Positions 36,932 to 45,863 of a stretch of DNA of 56,244 nucleotides are shown piece after piece. Within the stretch, counting starts at the first letter, position 1. Each line of letters opens with the position of its first letter. The notes beneath the pieces are model-generated. The model worked only from the letters and a program-made list of their open reading frames with translations, did not search any database and was not told the DNA's origin. A program made the position numbers and the translations under genes. Source of the DNA: an uncultured bacterium (lineage in GTDB: Bacteria > Omnitrophota > Omnitrophia > Omnitrophales > Aquincolibacteriaceae); contig CAZLTL010000015.1 in NCBI GenBank assembly GCA_964562525.1, positions 1 through 56,244 on the forward strand, read 5' to 3'.

Positions 36932-37936
36932 ATGACACCCTCTAATTTGCGATCATCGCCAAAAATCACGCTAAGCATTCTCATTGTTAATTTTAAAACC
37001 ACTCATTTGACATTGGAGTGCCTTCGGTCGATTTATTCATTCCCCCCAAGTTGCTCATATGAAATCATTCTTGTTGATAATGGGTCGAATGATGGTGTTG
37101 GTGAAATAGTGGCGGAGCAGTTCTCTGCGGTTCGGTTTATTGAAACGGGGGATAATGTTGGTTTTTCCCGTGCCAACAACTTAGGTATTCACAACTCGCG
37201 TGGCGAGTTTATTGTTCTACTTAATAGCGATGTAAAACTGATAGAGCCGATATGGGATTCCATGGTTGAATTCATGCGGCAGCAACCGGAGCTCGGCGTG
37301 GTCGGATGCCGTGAAGTGGATGGGGACGGAAATTTTCAGCTTTCATGCGGGCATTTCCCAAATTTTCAAAATGAGATTATTCGTAAGATTATGCATTATC
37401 GTCTTTCCATCAACGACCATCGAATCCGCGACTATTTAGATGAAAAATACTCTAACCTAAGTGTCGTGGATTGGGTTTCAGGCTCGTGTATGCTGATTCG
37501 GCGCAAAGCTTTGCAAGATGTCGGTCTTTTGGATGAACAGTTTTTTATGTATTTTGAAGATATTGATTTTTGCCGGCGTGTCCGCGATAAAGGATGGGGA
37601 GTTCGGTACTTTCCCGGCGCGACGATATGTCATTATGGCGGCCGGTCAGCCAAGCATAATTTGCTGCATGTGCTGGTTGAATATCGCAAATCTCAGGCGT
37701 ATTTCACTCGTAAATACTACGGTAAATTAGGCTCGTTTTTGATACGGATTTTTTTGATCATTAAGTATGGTTTCCATGCATTGCCGTGGAGCGTTATCTA
37801 TTTATTTAGACAGATATGCGGAGCGGACAGTACCCGCGCTTACACCATGCTCTTGTTGTCGAAGAAGGTTTTGGCCATTGCGGTCAAGTCAATCCCTCGG
37901 CATGCAATCGTGACTTATTTGCACTCTGCGCGCTGA
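36932..37936 (+). CDS. GT2-family glycosyltransferase
   Basis: LSILIVNFK, ILVDNGSNDG, NVGFSRANNLG, LLNSDV and FFMYFEDIDFCRR. Confidence 0.9.
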   Translation: MTPSNLRSSPKITLSILIVNFKTTHLTLECLRSIYSFPPSCSYEIILVDNGSNDGVGEIVAEQFSAVRFIETGDNVGFSRANNLGIHNSRGEFIVLLNSDVKLIEPIWDSMVEFMRQQPELGVVGCREVDGDGNFQLSCGHFPNFQNEIIRKIMHYRLSINDHRIRDYLDEKYSNLSVVDWVSGSCMLIRRKALQDVGLLDEQFFMYFEDIDFCRRVRDKGWGVRYFPGATICHYGGRSAKHNLLHVLVEYRKSQAYFTRKYYGKLGSFLIRIFLIIKYGFHALPWSVIYLFRQICGADSTRAYTMLLLSKKVLAIAVKSIPRHAIVTYLHSAR

Positions 37937-38006
37937 TAACGGAATCATCTTCGATCATCCGCGGTCATTTGTTGCTGTGGCAAGCTGGCTAAAATGAAAT
38001 AAAGCA

Positions 38007-38035
38007 TTGCAAATGGGGCAAGGTTTGGGTACATT
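38007..38035 (+). promoter_or_regulatory. Candidate sigma70-type promoter for the desaturase gene
   Basis: TTGCAA at 38007-38012, a 17-nt spacer, and TACATT at 38030-38035. Implies a ~160-nt leader. Confidence 0.4.
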
Positions 38036-38064
38036 TTAGGGGACTTAAGCATGTTTAATTTGTC

Positions 38065-38103
38065 TATTCCTTGAGGGGGAGCTCAGCCTCGCAACTAGGA
38101 ATA
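38065..38103 (+). promoter_or_regulatory. 39-nt inverted repeat / hairpin in the desaturase leader
   Basis: TATTCCT (38065-38071) pairs with AGGAATA (38097-38103). An inner GAGG/CCTC pair flanks a GAGCTC palindrome. Confidence 0.4.
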
Positions 38104-38201
38104 TGTTCTTTGTGAAGTTTTAATGAAATCATCCGTTATTCTAAGGCAAGACTTTTGCCGGCAATTAAGTAAACAACAAAAATAAAAGGAATTGAAATTA
38201 G

Positions 38202-39386
38202 ATGGAAAATTTTGCACCAGGTGTGTTCTCAAGACCTAAGATCGTTTGGCGGAATATCCTCTTTTTTGCATTTACAGCTTTGGTTGCGCTTATCGGCGGA
38301 CCGCTCTATATCATCCATAACGGCTTTTCATGGCCGCTTGCCGCTTTGACGGCTTTTTATATGGTCGCAACCGGGATGGGAATTACAGTGGGCTATCATC
38401 GGCTTTTTTCCCACTCCACGTTTAAAGCCCATCCGATTGTTAAAAATGCACTGCTCTTTTTTGGTGCTGCGGCTTTTGAACAATCTGCGATTGAATGGTC
38501 TTCTCAGCATAGGGATCATCATCGTTACGTTGATACGGACCGCGACCCGTACAATATTAAAAAAGGGTTTTTCTACGCCCACATGGGTTGGCTGATGTTT
38601 TGGGAGCACAATGTCGATTTCAGCAATATCCACGATTTGGAAAAAGATCCCGTGGTGGTTCACCAAAACAAGCATTACATCTTTTGGGCGATTATCGCAG
38701 GCGTCATTACCCCGGTTGTGATCGGAGCCATGATGGGGCATGCATTGGGGGCCTTTATTTTTGCTGTTTGCTTCCGAATTACAGCCGTATATCAAAATAC
38801 TTTTTTTATTAATTCGCTTTGCCATATGTTGGGTAGCGCCACTTATGACCCCGACTCCACCGCGAAGGACAACTGGTTTAGTGCTCTTTCCACCAATGGG
38901 GAAGGCTATCACAATTTTCATCACCGTTTTCCGAGTGATTATCGCAATGGCGTACGTTGGTATCACTTTGATCCAAGTAAATGGTTGATAGCCGGGTTGG
39001 CAAAGCTTGGATTAACTTGGGATTTGAAGGAAGTTTCCAAGTTTCGAATTCTGGCAGCGCGTCTTCATGCTGAAAATGTGAAAGTGTCCCGTGCGCTCGA
39101 AGCGCTTAAGAAAAAAGAGGAAGAGCACCAAAAGACGATTGAAGTTTGGACTAAACGTTATGAGCTTGTGCGTCGGCATTTGACTGAATGGCAAACTCAG
39201 GTTGAGTCTTATCAGTCGACCGTACGTGAGCGTGTCACCGGTTCATCGCGCGATTTGCGCCTGGCTGCAATCAGTAAGATTGATGAAGCTCGCAAGCAAT
39301 ACAAGTTGGCGCATCGCCAATGGAAAAAGATGGTTCGTCAGCATCCGCTTGATCTTCACGGGTTGCTTTTATCCGGCGCAGTCTAA
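38202..39386 (+). CDS. Membrane acyl-CoA/acyl-lipid delta-9-type fatty acid desaturase
   Basis: Three histidine boxes (HRLFSH, HRDHHRY, HNFHHRFP) with TM helices at the N-terminus and in the middle. Confidence 0.9.
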   Translation: MENFAPGVFSRPKIVWRNILFFAFTALVALIGGPLYIIHNGFSWPLAALTAFYMVATGMGITVGYHRLFSHSTFKAHPIVKNALLFFGAAAFEQSAIEWSSQHRDHHRYVDTDRDPYNIKKGFFYAHMGWLMFWEHNVDFSNIHDLEKDPVVVHQNKHYIFWAIIAGVITPVVIGAMMGHALGAFIFAVCFRITAVYQNTFFINSLCHMLGSATYDPDSTAKDNWFSALSTNGEGYHNFHHRFPSDYRNGVRWYHFDPSKWLIAGLAKLGLTWDLKEVSKFRILAARLHAENVKVSRALEALKKKEEEHQKTIEVWTKRYELVRRHLTEWQTQVESYQSTVRERVTGSSRDLRLAAISKIDEARKQYKLAHRQWKKMVRQHPLDLHGLLLSGAV

Positions 39387-39401
39387 TTTAGATTTTTAAA
39401 A

Positions 39402-39432
39402 ATCCCCGGCATTTATGCCGGGGATTTTTTTT
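39402..39432 (+). terminator. Rho-independent terminator after the desaturase gene
   Basis: GC-rich hairpin ATCCCCGGCA..TGCCGGGGAT followed by T(8) at 39425-39432. Confidence 0.8.
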
Positions 39433-39491
39433 GTCTTATGGCATTTATTTGCTAGTTTGTGCTAAGATTTGTTCTATCAAAAGAGGAGAAC

Positions 39492-39806
39492 ATGATGAAA
39501 TTCGCATTCGCTCTGCTTGCTTTGTTCATGCTTGTCTTATCTTCTTATTCTTATGCGGATCAGACCTATGCCCAGAATTTTAACTCGAAGTTTCAACGCG
39601 GAGCCGTGAACGGCTTGCTGGGATGGAGTAAATTTTTTACCGTCCCTTATGAAAAGGCTTCGGAGGACCCGAATGCGTGGGCTACTTTGGGCCGGGGAAT
39701 TTATGAAGGTCTCGGCGGTACCGTTGCCGGGATTTTTAACATTGTTTTTTCGCCAACCCCGCTCAGGGAGATGCCTTATCCCGGTGGCGGCGTTTTTGAA
39801 AGCTGA
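39492..39806 (+). CDS. Small secreted protein resembling the exosortase-system-associated TIGR04073 family
   Basis: Signal peptide MMKFAFALLALFMLVLSSYSYA, then KFQRGAVNGLLGWSKF..P..A and RGIYEGLGGTVAGIFNIV. AGGAG lies upstream of the ATG at 39492. The family call is from memory. Confidence 0.5.
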   Translation: MMKFAFALLALFMLVLSSYSYADQTYAQNFNSKFQRGAVNGLLGWSKFFTVPYEKASEDPNAWATLGRGIYEGLGGTVAGIFNIVFSPTPLREMPYPGGGVFES

Positions 39807-39809
39807 GGA

Positions 39810-40382
39810 ATGCCTTCTAAGCGTCCCGTTATTTATTTAGCCTCTCAGTCTCCCCGCCGCCGGCAATTACTTAAAAAGCACGGCTATGGCTGTTTTGTTA
39901 TTCCTAGTCATTATGTTGAAAAACACGAATCAAGATGTTGTCCCCGTGAACTTGTGCTTAAGCATGCCAAAGGCAAATTGACTGACGCGGTAATTCCTGC
40001 CGGCGCGAGGTTTGTTGTCGCGGCGGATACGGTTGTTGCTTATCGAGGCAGGGTTTATGGCAAACCCGCTAATTTGGCGGATGCGGTCAAGATGCTAACT
40101 TTTTTATCCGGAAAAACTCATGAGGTTTTTACGGGATGGGCCATGCGGGATTTGAAGACGAAGAAGCGCTGTTTGCGCAGCGTTCGTTCGGAGGTTACTT
40201 TGCGGCCGCTAACAAAAGCGGAAACAACTCGTTATTTTCAAAAAATGAATCCCTTGGATAAGGCCGGTTCGTATGCGGTTCAATCGCGCCCAACCGTGGT
40301 TGAGACCATTCAAGGATCTTATTCGAACGTGATGGGGTTTCCCATGGAAGATTTTGAGAAAGTGATCCAAAAATGGACTTGA
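39810..40382 (+). CDS. maf: Maf-like nucleoside triphosphate pyrophosphatase
   Basis: IYLASQSPRRRQLL, AADTVV and DKAGSYAVQ. Confidence 0.92.
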   Translation: MPSKRPVIYLASQSPRRRQLLKKHGYGCFVIPSHYVEKHESRCCPRELVLKHAKGKLTDAVIPAGARFVVAADTVVAYRGRVYGKPANLADAVKMLTFLSGKTHEVFTGWAMRDLKTKKRCLRSVRSEVTLRPLTKAETTRYFQKMNPLDKAGSYAVQSRPTVVETIQGSYSNVMGFPMEDFEKVIQKWT

Positions 40383-41212
40383 AGCCATTCGTTTTTCGTC
40401 AAAATGCGCTTGGGACTGAGCTAATTTCTTTTCTGCTTTTTTTTATTATTGTTTTAGGTAGCTCACCGGCTTTTGCTCAGCAAGAAGAAGATTACAAGAT
40501 TTTGCGCGAAATTATTTTAAATGAGTTTAAGGATCAAAAGCCGTCTCAGCGCGGGAGTGAGCACTCCGATGTGAAGACTCGTTTTAAAGCTGAAGAGAAA
40601 AAAATAGTAATTAGTTTGGCAGCATGTTTGGATATAGGCGCGGATGTTGATATGCCTCTCCTGAGCAAATTGGCGGAGCAAAAAATTCCATTCTCGGTGT
40701 TTGCCGATCAAGCCTGGCTTAAAAAAAATGAAACTCAGCTCAAACCATTTTTAAACAACACCTCGATTCAGTTTGAGAACCATGGTTCTTTTTGCCGCGC
40801 TCTATCCGTGGATGGACAATTCGTGGGAAGCGAAACTAAGACGGAAAATCTTGAAGATGTTTTTGAAGAGATTGAGGATAATGCTCGCGCGATCGAACGT
40901 TTTTCAGGGCGCTTGCCGCGCTTTTACCGCTCCGGTCAGGGTTATTATGATGACGTGGCGTTGAAAATTGTAAATGTCCTTGGTTACCAGGCAGTTGAAG
41001 GTGATTTAAAACTTAAAGCCAAGGATGTGGAGTCGGATCATTCCATGCAGCTTTTTTCAAACAAAATCCAGCCCGGATCGATTCTTTTTATTCCGGCCAA
41101 CCGTCCCGGTACTTCCGAAGAATGGGCCGATAAGTTGATCAAAAAAATCCAACAGGCGGGATTTTCAGTGATCGCGCTGGATGACGCTATTGCGGTCGAA
41201 GAAGAGCTTTGA
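40373..41212 (+). CDS. Secreted polysaccharide-deacetylase-like protein (divergent CE4)
   Basis: Signal peptide ending SSPAFAQQ. Motifs ENHGSF, PRFYRSGQGYYDD and GSILFIPAN. The canonical catalytic motifs are degenerate. Confidence 0.5.
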   Translation: MDLKPFVFRQNALGTELISFLLFFIIVLGSSPAFAQQEEDYKILREIILNEFKDQKPSQRGSEHSDVKTRFKAEEKKIVISLAACLDIGADVDMPLLSKLAEQKIPFSVFADQAWLKKNETQLKPFLNNTSIQFENHGSFCRALSVDGQFVGSETKTENLEDVFEEIEDNARAIERFSGRLPRFYRSGQGYYDDVALKIVNVLGYQAVEGDLKLKAKDVESDHSMQLFSNKIQPGSILFIPANRPGTSEEWADKLIKKIQQAGFSVIALDDAIAVEEEL

Positions 41213-41215
41213 TCC

Positions 41216-42094
41216 GTGGTCGGTGATTTTTTTGAGATTTCGCTTTTTTATCCGAGTCAATCTTTGGAGATTGAGAATAAACTGATCCACACCCTCAAGC
41301 GCCTGGGGATTAAGCGTGATCAAATCGTCCAAACTTTAGAGCCGCGGCACAAAGCCGTTCGAATTTACCTTCCGACGCGCAGGGCTAGTGATGGTTTTCT
41401 CGCCAAGTATAAAAAAGTTTCAGTTCCTCACGTCGATATTCGTTCTAAATTTATTTCCTACGCTAATTGGGCTGAGAAATGGAAAGAGGATTATGAAATC
41501 CAAACACTTGGGAAATGCTTTGTCGTCGTTCCTGCTTGGCGCCTAAAGGAGTACCGCGCTGAAAAATACCGCGGCCGGATTCCCGTCGTGATTGACCCGT
41601 TGAGTGCATTTGGGTCGGGTGAGCATGAAACAACACGTCTGGTGACGCGTATGATGGAAACGCTGAAAGGGCGCTTTGAGTCATTTCTTGATGTCGGTAC
41701 CGGGACCGGAATTTTGTCTGTTTTTGCGGCGCATTTAGGCGCGCGGCGGATTATGGGCTTTGATTGTGATAAACCCTCAGCGGAATGCGCACAATTTAAC
41801 TTTGATAAAAATATTTCTTTCTCTGTTGAATCAAAATTTCAATGCCTTCAGCTTTCCCGTTCAAAAATCAAGGGTGAATTTGACTTGGTTACTGCAAACA
41901 TTAATTCGCATATTTTAGAAAATTTCCGAAATGAAATTGTCCGTTCCGCAAAAAAAGGGGGATGGGTGCTTGTGTCAGGAATATTGCGCCAAACTTATCG
42001 CTCGTTTCGCGAAAACTTTGACGGCAAAGATTTGAAATGCCAAAAAGTTTTGCACGGCAGACGCTGGGTCTCTGTTTTGTACAGAAAACAATAA
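41216..42094 (+). CDS. prmA: Ribosomal protein L11 methyltransferase
   Basis: IDPLSAFGSGEHETTRL, LDVGTGTGILS and ANI. GTG start. Confidence 0.9.
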   Translation: MVGDFFEISLFYPSQSLEIENKLIHTLKRLGIKRDQIVQTLEPRHKAVRIYLPTRRASDGFLAKYKKVSVPHVDIRSKFISYANWAEKWKEDYEIQTLGKCFVVVPAWRLKEYRAEKYRGRIPVVIDPLSAFGSGEHETTRLVTRMMETLKGRFESFLDVGTGTGILSVFAAHLGARRIMGFDCDKPSAECAQFNFDKNISFSVESKFQCLQLSRSKIKGEFDLVTANINSHILENFRNEIVRSAKKGGWVLVSGILRQTYRSFRENFDGKDLKCQKVLHGRRWVSVLYRKQ

Positions 42095-42184
42095 AAATAA
42101 AACGCACCTAGAATTGCTTAGCAAATTCTGTTAAGCGCGCTTCTCATCGTCGTAGACTATTTCGATTCTCCAGTGAAAACCTTA

Positions 42185-42901
42185 CTAAAATTTCTGATTC
42201 CATTCTGCGTTGGAATAAAATCGATTCGCAAGATCCGGGACTAGATGGGTGGGCGGATTTTCGAGTTCCTCAGCTGCCTGCCAAATTGCTTTGAGCGCTT
42301 CGATGATTTCTTTTTTTTGAGCGGGGATGTTCGTTAAAAAATCTTTGTGGCTTCGGTGCGCCCGATATTCAGGTTCACGGTCGGGTTTTCCCAGCTTTTC
42401 TTCAATTTTATCTAAGTCGAACTGATACAGAAAAGTTCCATGAAAAAGATAATGCGTTTTACCTCTCCGCATCGCGTTTCCTGAGAATTTTTTATCTTTC
42501 CAAATTAAGTCGCTGACCCCCCGAATGTCTATTTGGGAAGGCGCAAGACAAGATTCAATCGCCTGCTTATTTTTGAGCATTGCGTTTTGTGTGTCGGTCC
42601 GGATTCCGGTTGTCGGATTAATTTTGAGCACTAAATTAAAATTGAGGCACCCCGGGCCTTGCAGCACAGTTTGACCGCCGCTTTTGCGGCGTAAAAAAGG
42701 GATATTCAGATTTGATTTGAGTTCGTTCTTCCAACGGCTTGAATAACCGAGTACGGCAAAATAGACGGGCGACTCCCAAATCCGCAAACATTCTCCGGTT
42801 GCGCCTGATTCCGCGCTTTCGAGTAAGGCCTCGTCAAAAGCGATATTCGATTCAGGATCGGGGAAAGTGAAGTTAATAAATTGCATAATGCACAATAGCA
42901 T
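42185..42901 (-). CDS. Lipoate-protein ligase / octanoyltransferase family protein (LplA/LipM-like catalytic domain only)
   Basis: RRKSGGQTVLQGPGCLNFNLVL and KKFSGNAMRRGKTHYLFHGT. At 238 aa it has no LplA C-terminal accessory domain. Confidence 0.8.
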   Translation of the reverse strand: MLLCIMQFINFTFPDPESNIAFDEALLESAESGATGECLRIWESPVYFAVLGYSSRWKNELKSNLNIPFLRRKSGGQTVLQGPGCLNFNLVLKINPTTGIRTDTQNAMLKNKQAIESCLAPSQIDIRGVSDLIWKDKKFSGNAMRRGKTHYLFHGTFLYQFDLDKIEEKLGKPDREPEYRAHRSHKDFLTNIPAQKKEIIEALKAIWQAAEELENPPTHLVPDLANRFYSNAEWNQKF

Positions 42902-43053
42902 GGGGAGGAAGTTTGCTCAAGCCAAGGCCGTTTCAATGTATTCTAAAAAAGATTTGATTGGGGGGGGAGATTCATGTAGATTGGTGGCTCATTTTGAGCC
43001 CTGTTTGGGTTCTTCTAACAAGTCATCATTTATATATGAAATCCAAGAAAAAT

Positions 43054-45807
43054 ATGAGTTCAACCCAAGATCACGACCAAGAGTTATCCGACATTTCTGC
43101 TGTGGCGGGCGCCACATCGATCCCTTCTATCCCAAAAATCGCTGAAGAAAATACTCCGGAATGGCAAAAGTGGATTGACTCCCTTGAGCATATTCTCGAA
43201 GTTGCATTAAAAGATCAAGCCGGTCCGGAGCGCGCTCCCTATATTATGGACATTCTGATCAAACGTCTCCGCGAAGCGGGCGTGCCGTTGCCAGCTCCGG
43301 TCAGCACCCCTTATTTGAATACGATCGATCCCGCACATGAACCGGAGTATCCCGGTGATCGCGAAATCGAACGCCGTATTAAAAGTCTTATCCGTTGGAA
43401 TGCCATGGCCATGGTGGTAAAAGCAAATGAAGTTCACCCGGGACTTGGTGGACATATTTCGACTTTTGCTTCTAGTGCGACTTTATATGAAGTTGGTTTC
43501 AATCATTTCTTTCACGGCGGAGATAAACCCGGCCGTCTTGGTGATTTTATTTATTTTCAAGGTCATGCTTCGCCCGGAAATTATGCGCGCGCTTATCTCG
43601 AGCGCCGTTTAAATAAAGATCATCTTCATAATTTTCGCCAGGAACTTGCCAAAGAAGGCGGACTTTCTTCATACCCACATCCCTATCTTATGCCGGATTT
43701 CTGGCAGTTCCCAACTGTGTCGATGGGACTTGGTCCGATCATGTCGATTTATCAGGCACGCTTTCTGCATTATTTAAAAGCCCGCGGAATTATTCAGGCT
43801 GAGCTGCCGAAGGTTTGGTGCTATGTCGGCGACGGCGAAGCAGGCGAGCCTGAAAGTTTTGGTAATTTAAATATCGCCGGTCGCGATAAACTCGATAATC
43901 TTATTTGGGTCATTAACTGCAATCTCCAGCGGCTTGACGGTCCTGTTCATGGTAATGGGAAAATCATTCAGGAATTTGAATCGGTTTTCCGCGGCGCAGG
44001 CTGGAATGTGATCAAGGTCATTTGGGGTTCTGAGTGGGATGAGCTCATGAAGAAAGATACCAAAGGACTTCTTCTTAAGCGCATGAGCGAATGCTGTGAT
44101 GGTGATTATCAAAAATATTCCGTGGAACCCGGCAGTTACACTCGCAAGCATTTCTTCGGAAAATATCCTGAGTTGCTCGCGATGGTGAATCATCTCAGCG
44201 ATGTTCAGATTACAAAGCTGTTGCGCGGAGGCCATGATCCGAAAAAAGTTTACGCAGCCTACAAGGCGGCGACTGAACACAAAGGTGAACCGACAGTGAT
44301 TCTTGCGAAAACGATTAAAGGTTACGGTTTGGGGGAAGCGGGCGAAGGTCGCAATATTACTCATCAGCAGAAAAAATTGAATGAAAAAGAGCTGCGCGAA
44401 TTCCGCGCGCGTTTTGACATTCCAATTTCTGACGAAGAAATTGCGGAAACACCTTTCTATCGTCCGCCTGTGGACAGCCCGGAAATGAAATATTTATTTG
44501 AACGCCGGAAATCTCTGGGTGGATTTTTACCTGAACGCAAAGTGAAGGCGGAACTTCTTCAAACTCCTGATGCTGCCTATTATGAAGAATTTTTAAAAGG
44601 TTCAGGCGAAGCAGAGGTTTCGACGACGATGGCTTTTGTCCGTATTCTAACTAAGCTTTTGCGGAATAATGAAATCGGCAAGAATATTGTTCCGATTATT
44701 CCGGATGAAGCTCGTACTTTCGGTATGGATGCCCTTTTTCGTCAGGTCGGTATTTATGCTCCTAAGGGGCAGCTCTATGAACCGGTTGATATTGAATCTT
44801 TGCTTTATTTCAAAGAAGCCAAAGACGGGCAGATTTTAGAAGAAGGTATCAATGAAGCGGGTTCCATGGCTTCTTTTATTGCGGCGGGGACTTCGCATGC
44901 GACCGTAGGAACCCACATGATTCCTTTCTATATTTACTACTCGATGTTCGGTTTTCAGCGTGTCGGCGATTTGATGTGGCTTTGCGGCGACATCAAGGCG
45001 AAAGGGTTTTTGTTGGGCGGAACTTCGGGTCGGACAACTTTGAACGGAGAGGGGCTTCAGCATCAGGATGGGCATAGTCAGTTGATGGCAAGCACTATTC
45101 CAAGCCTTGTTGCTTATGATCCCGCTTTCGCGTATGAGCTTGCTGTCATTATTGAAGACGGCATTAACCGTATGTATCAAAAAGGGGAAGACCTTTTTTA
45201 TTACCTTAGCGTTTATAACGAAAACCATACCATGCCTGCTATGCCGGAAGGCTGTCGCGATGGAATTCTTAAAGGGCTTTATAAATTTAAGGCTAGTGAT
45301 AAAAAGTTAAAATTGCGCGCACAACTTTTAGGAAGCGGTCCGATTATTCAATCTGCTTTGAAGGCTCAGAAGATGCTTGAAAAGTATGGTGTTGCCGCGG
45401 ATGTGTGGTCGGTAACAAGTTACAACCAGCTGCGTCGCGAAGCTCTTGAGGTTCAGCGTCTAAATCGATTGAATCCGACTCAGTCGCCTAAGAAGTCCTA
45501 TGTTGAAAAATGCTTTGATAAGGAAGACGGAGTGTTTGTCGCTGTTTCTGACAATATGAAGATTGTCTCAGAGCAAATCGCACCATGGGTGCCGGGCAAA
45601 TTTACTGTGCTTGGAACAGATGGTTTTGGACGTAGCGATACGCGTGAAAAGTTAAGACGGTTTTTTGAAATTGATGCGGAAAGCGTTGTGATTGCGACTT
45701 TGTATGCTTTGCATGAAAAAGGCGAGCTTGATGCCAAGGTTGTGAAGCAGGCGATGGATGATTTCAGTTACCACGCTGACAAAAAATACCCGCAGTTTTC
45801 CGTCTGA
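43054..45807 (+). CDS. aceE: Pyruvate dehydrogenase E1 component, homodimeric AceE type
   Basis: GGHISTFASSATLYEVGFNHFF, YVGDGEAGEPES, LIWVINCNLQRLDGPV and GTDGFGRSD. The start is moved from 42958 to the ATG at 43054 (43036 is also possible). Confidence 0.95.
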   Translation: MSSTQDHDQELSDISAVAGATSIPSIPKIAEENTPEWQKWIDSLEHILEVALKDQAGPERAPYIMDILIKRLREAGVPLPAPVSTPYLNTIDPAHEPEYPGDREIERRIKSLIRWNAMAMVVKANEVHPGLGGHISTFASSATLYEVGFNHFFHGGDKPGRLGDFIYFQGHASPGNYARAYLERRLNKDHLHNFRQELAKEGGLSSYPHPYLMPDFWQFPTVSMGLGPIMSIYQARFLHYLKARGIIQAELPKVWCYVGDGEAGEPESFGNLNIAGRDKLDNLIWVINCNLQRLDGPVHGNGKIIQEFESVFRGAGWNVIKVIWGSEWDELMKKDTKGLLLKRMSECCDGDYQKYSVEPGSYTRKHFFGKYPELLAMVNHLSDVQITKLLRGGHDPKKVYAAYKAATEHKGEPTVILAKTIKGYGLGEAGEGRNITHQQKKLNEKELREFRARFDIPISDEEIAETPFYRPPVDSPEMKYLFERRKSLGGFLPERKVKAELLQTPDAAYYEEFLKGSGEAEVSTTMAFVRILTKLLRNNEIGKNIVPIIPDEARTFGMDALFRQVGIYAPKGQLYEPVDIESLLYFKEAKDGQILEEGINEAGSMASFIAAGTSHATVGTHMIPFYIYYSMFGFQRVGDLMWLCGDIKAKGFLLGGTSGRTTLNGEGLQHQDGHSQLMASTIPSLVAYDPAFAYELAVIIEDGINRMYQKGEDLFYYLSVYNENHTMPAMPEGCRDGILKGLYKFKASDKKLKLRAQLLGSGPIIQSALKAQKMLEKYGVAADVWSVTSYNQLRREALEVQRLNRLNPTQSPKKSYVEKCFDKEDGVFVAVSDNMKIVSEQIAPWVPGKFTVLGTDGFGRSDTREKLRRFFEIDAESVVIATLYALHEKGELDAKVVKQAMDDFSYHADKKYPQFSV

Positions 45808-45863
45808 TTTTTTGCTCTGCAGTCACGCTGCAATTGTATAAATAAATACTTAAGGAGAGAGTC

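Noticed and set aside
38073-38100. GGGGGAGCTCAGCCTCGCAACTAGG superficially resembles a tRNA 5' half (compare GGGTGATTAGCTCAGCTGG of tRNA-Val). It could have been an att-like duplicate marking the far end of a tRNA-inserted island.
   Set aside because: The match is only a short patchy one to the 5' half, whereas island att repeats derive from the tRNA 3' end. No cloverleaf can be folded. It is better explained as part of the leader inverted repeat.
38328-38966. Long antisense or alternative-frame ORFs inside well-supported genes. These are 38328-38966 (desaturase), 43867-44364 and 44836-45228 (aceE), 45967-46410 (aceF), 48019-48492 (lpdA), 50105-50551 (korA), 26656-27138 (wbpB/D fusion), 10206-10619 (dus), 11027-11377 (coiled-coil gene) and 22568-22942.
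   Set aside because: Each overlaps a CDS with clear family motifs. Their translations are low-complexity or biased shadow frames with no motifs.
39030-39386. The ~110-aa charged, helical C-terminal extension of the desaturase as a possible novel fusion.
   Set aside because: From memory, long-form bacterial acyl-CoA delta-9 desaturases of about 390-400 aa carry a comparable tail, so this is probably normal for the family.
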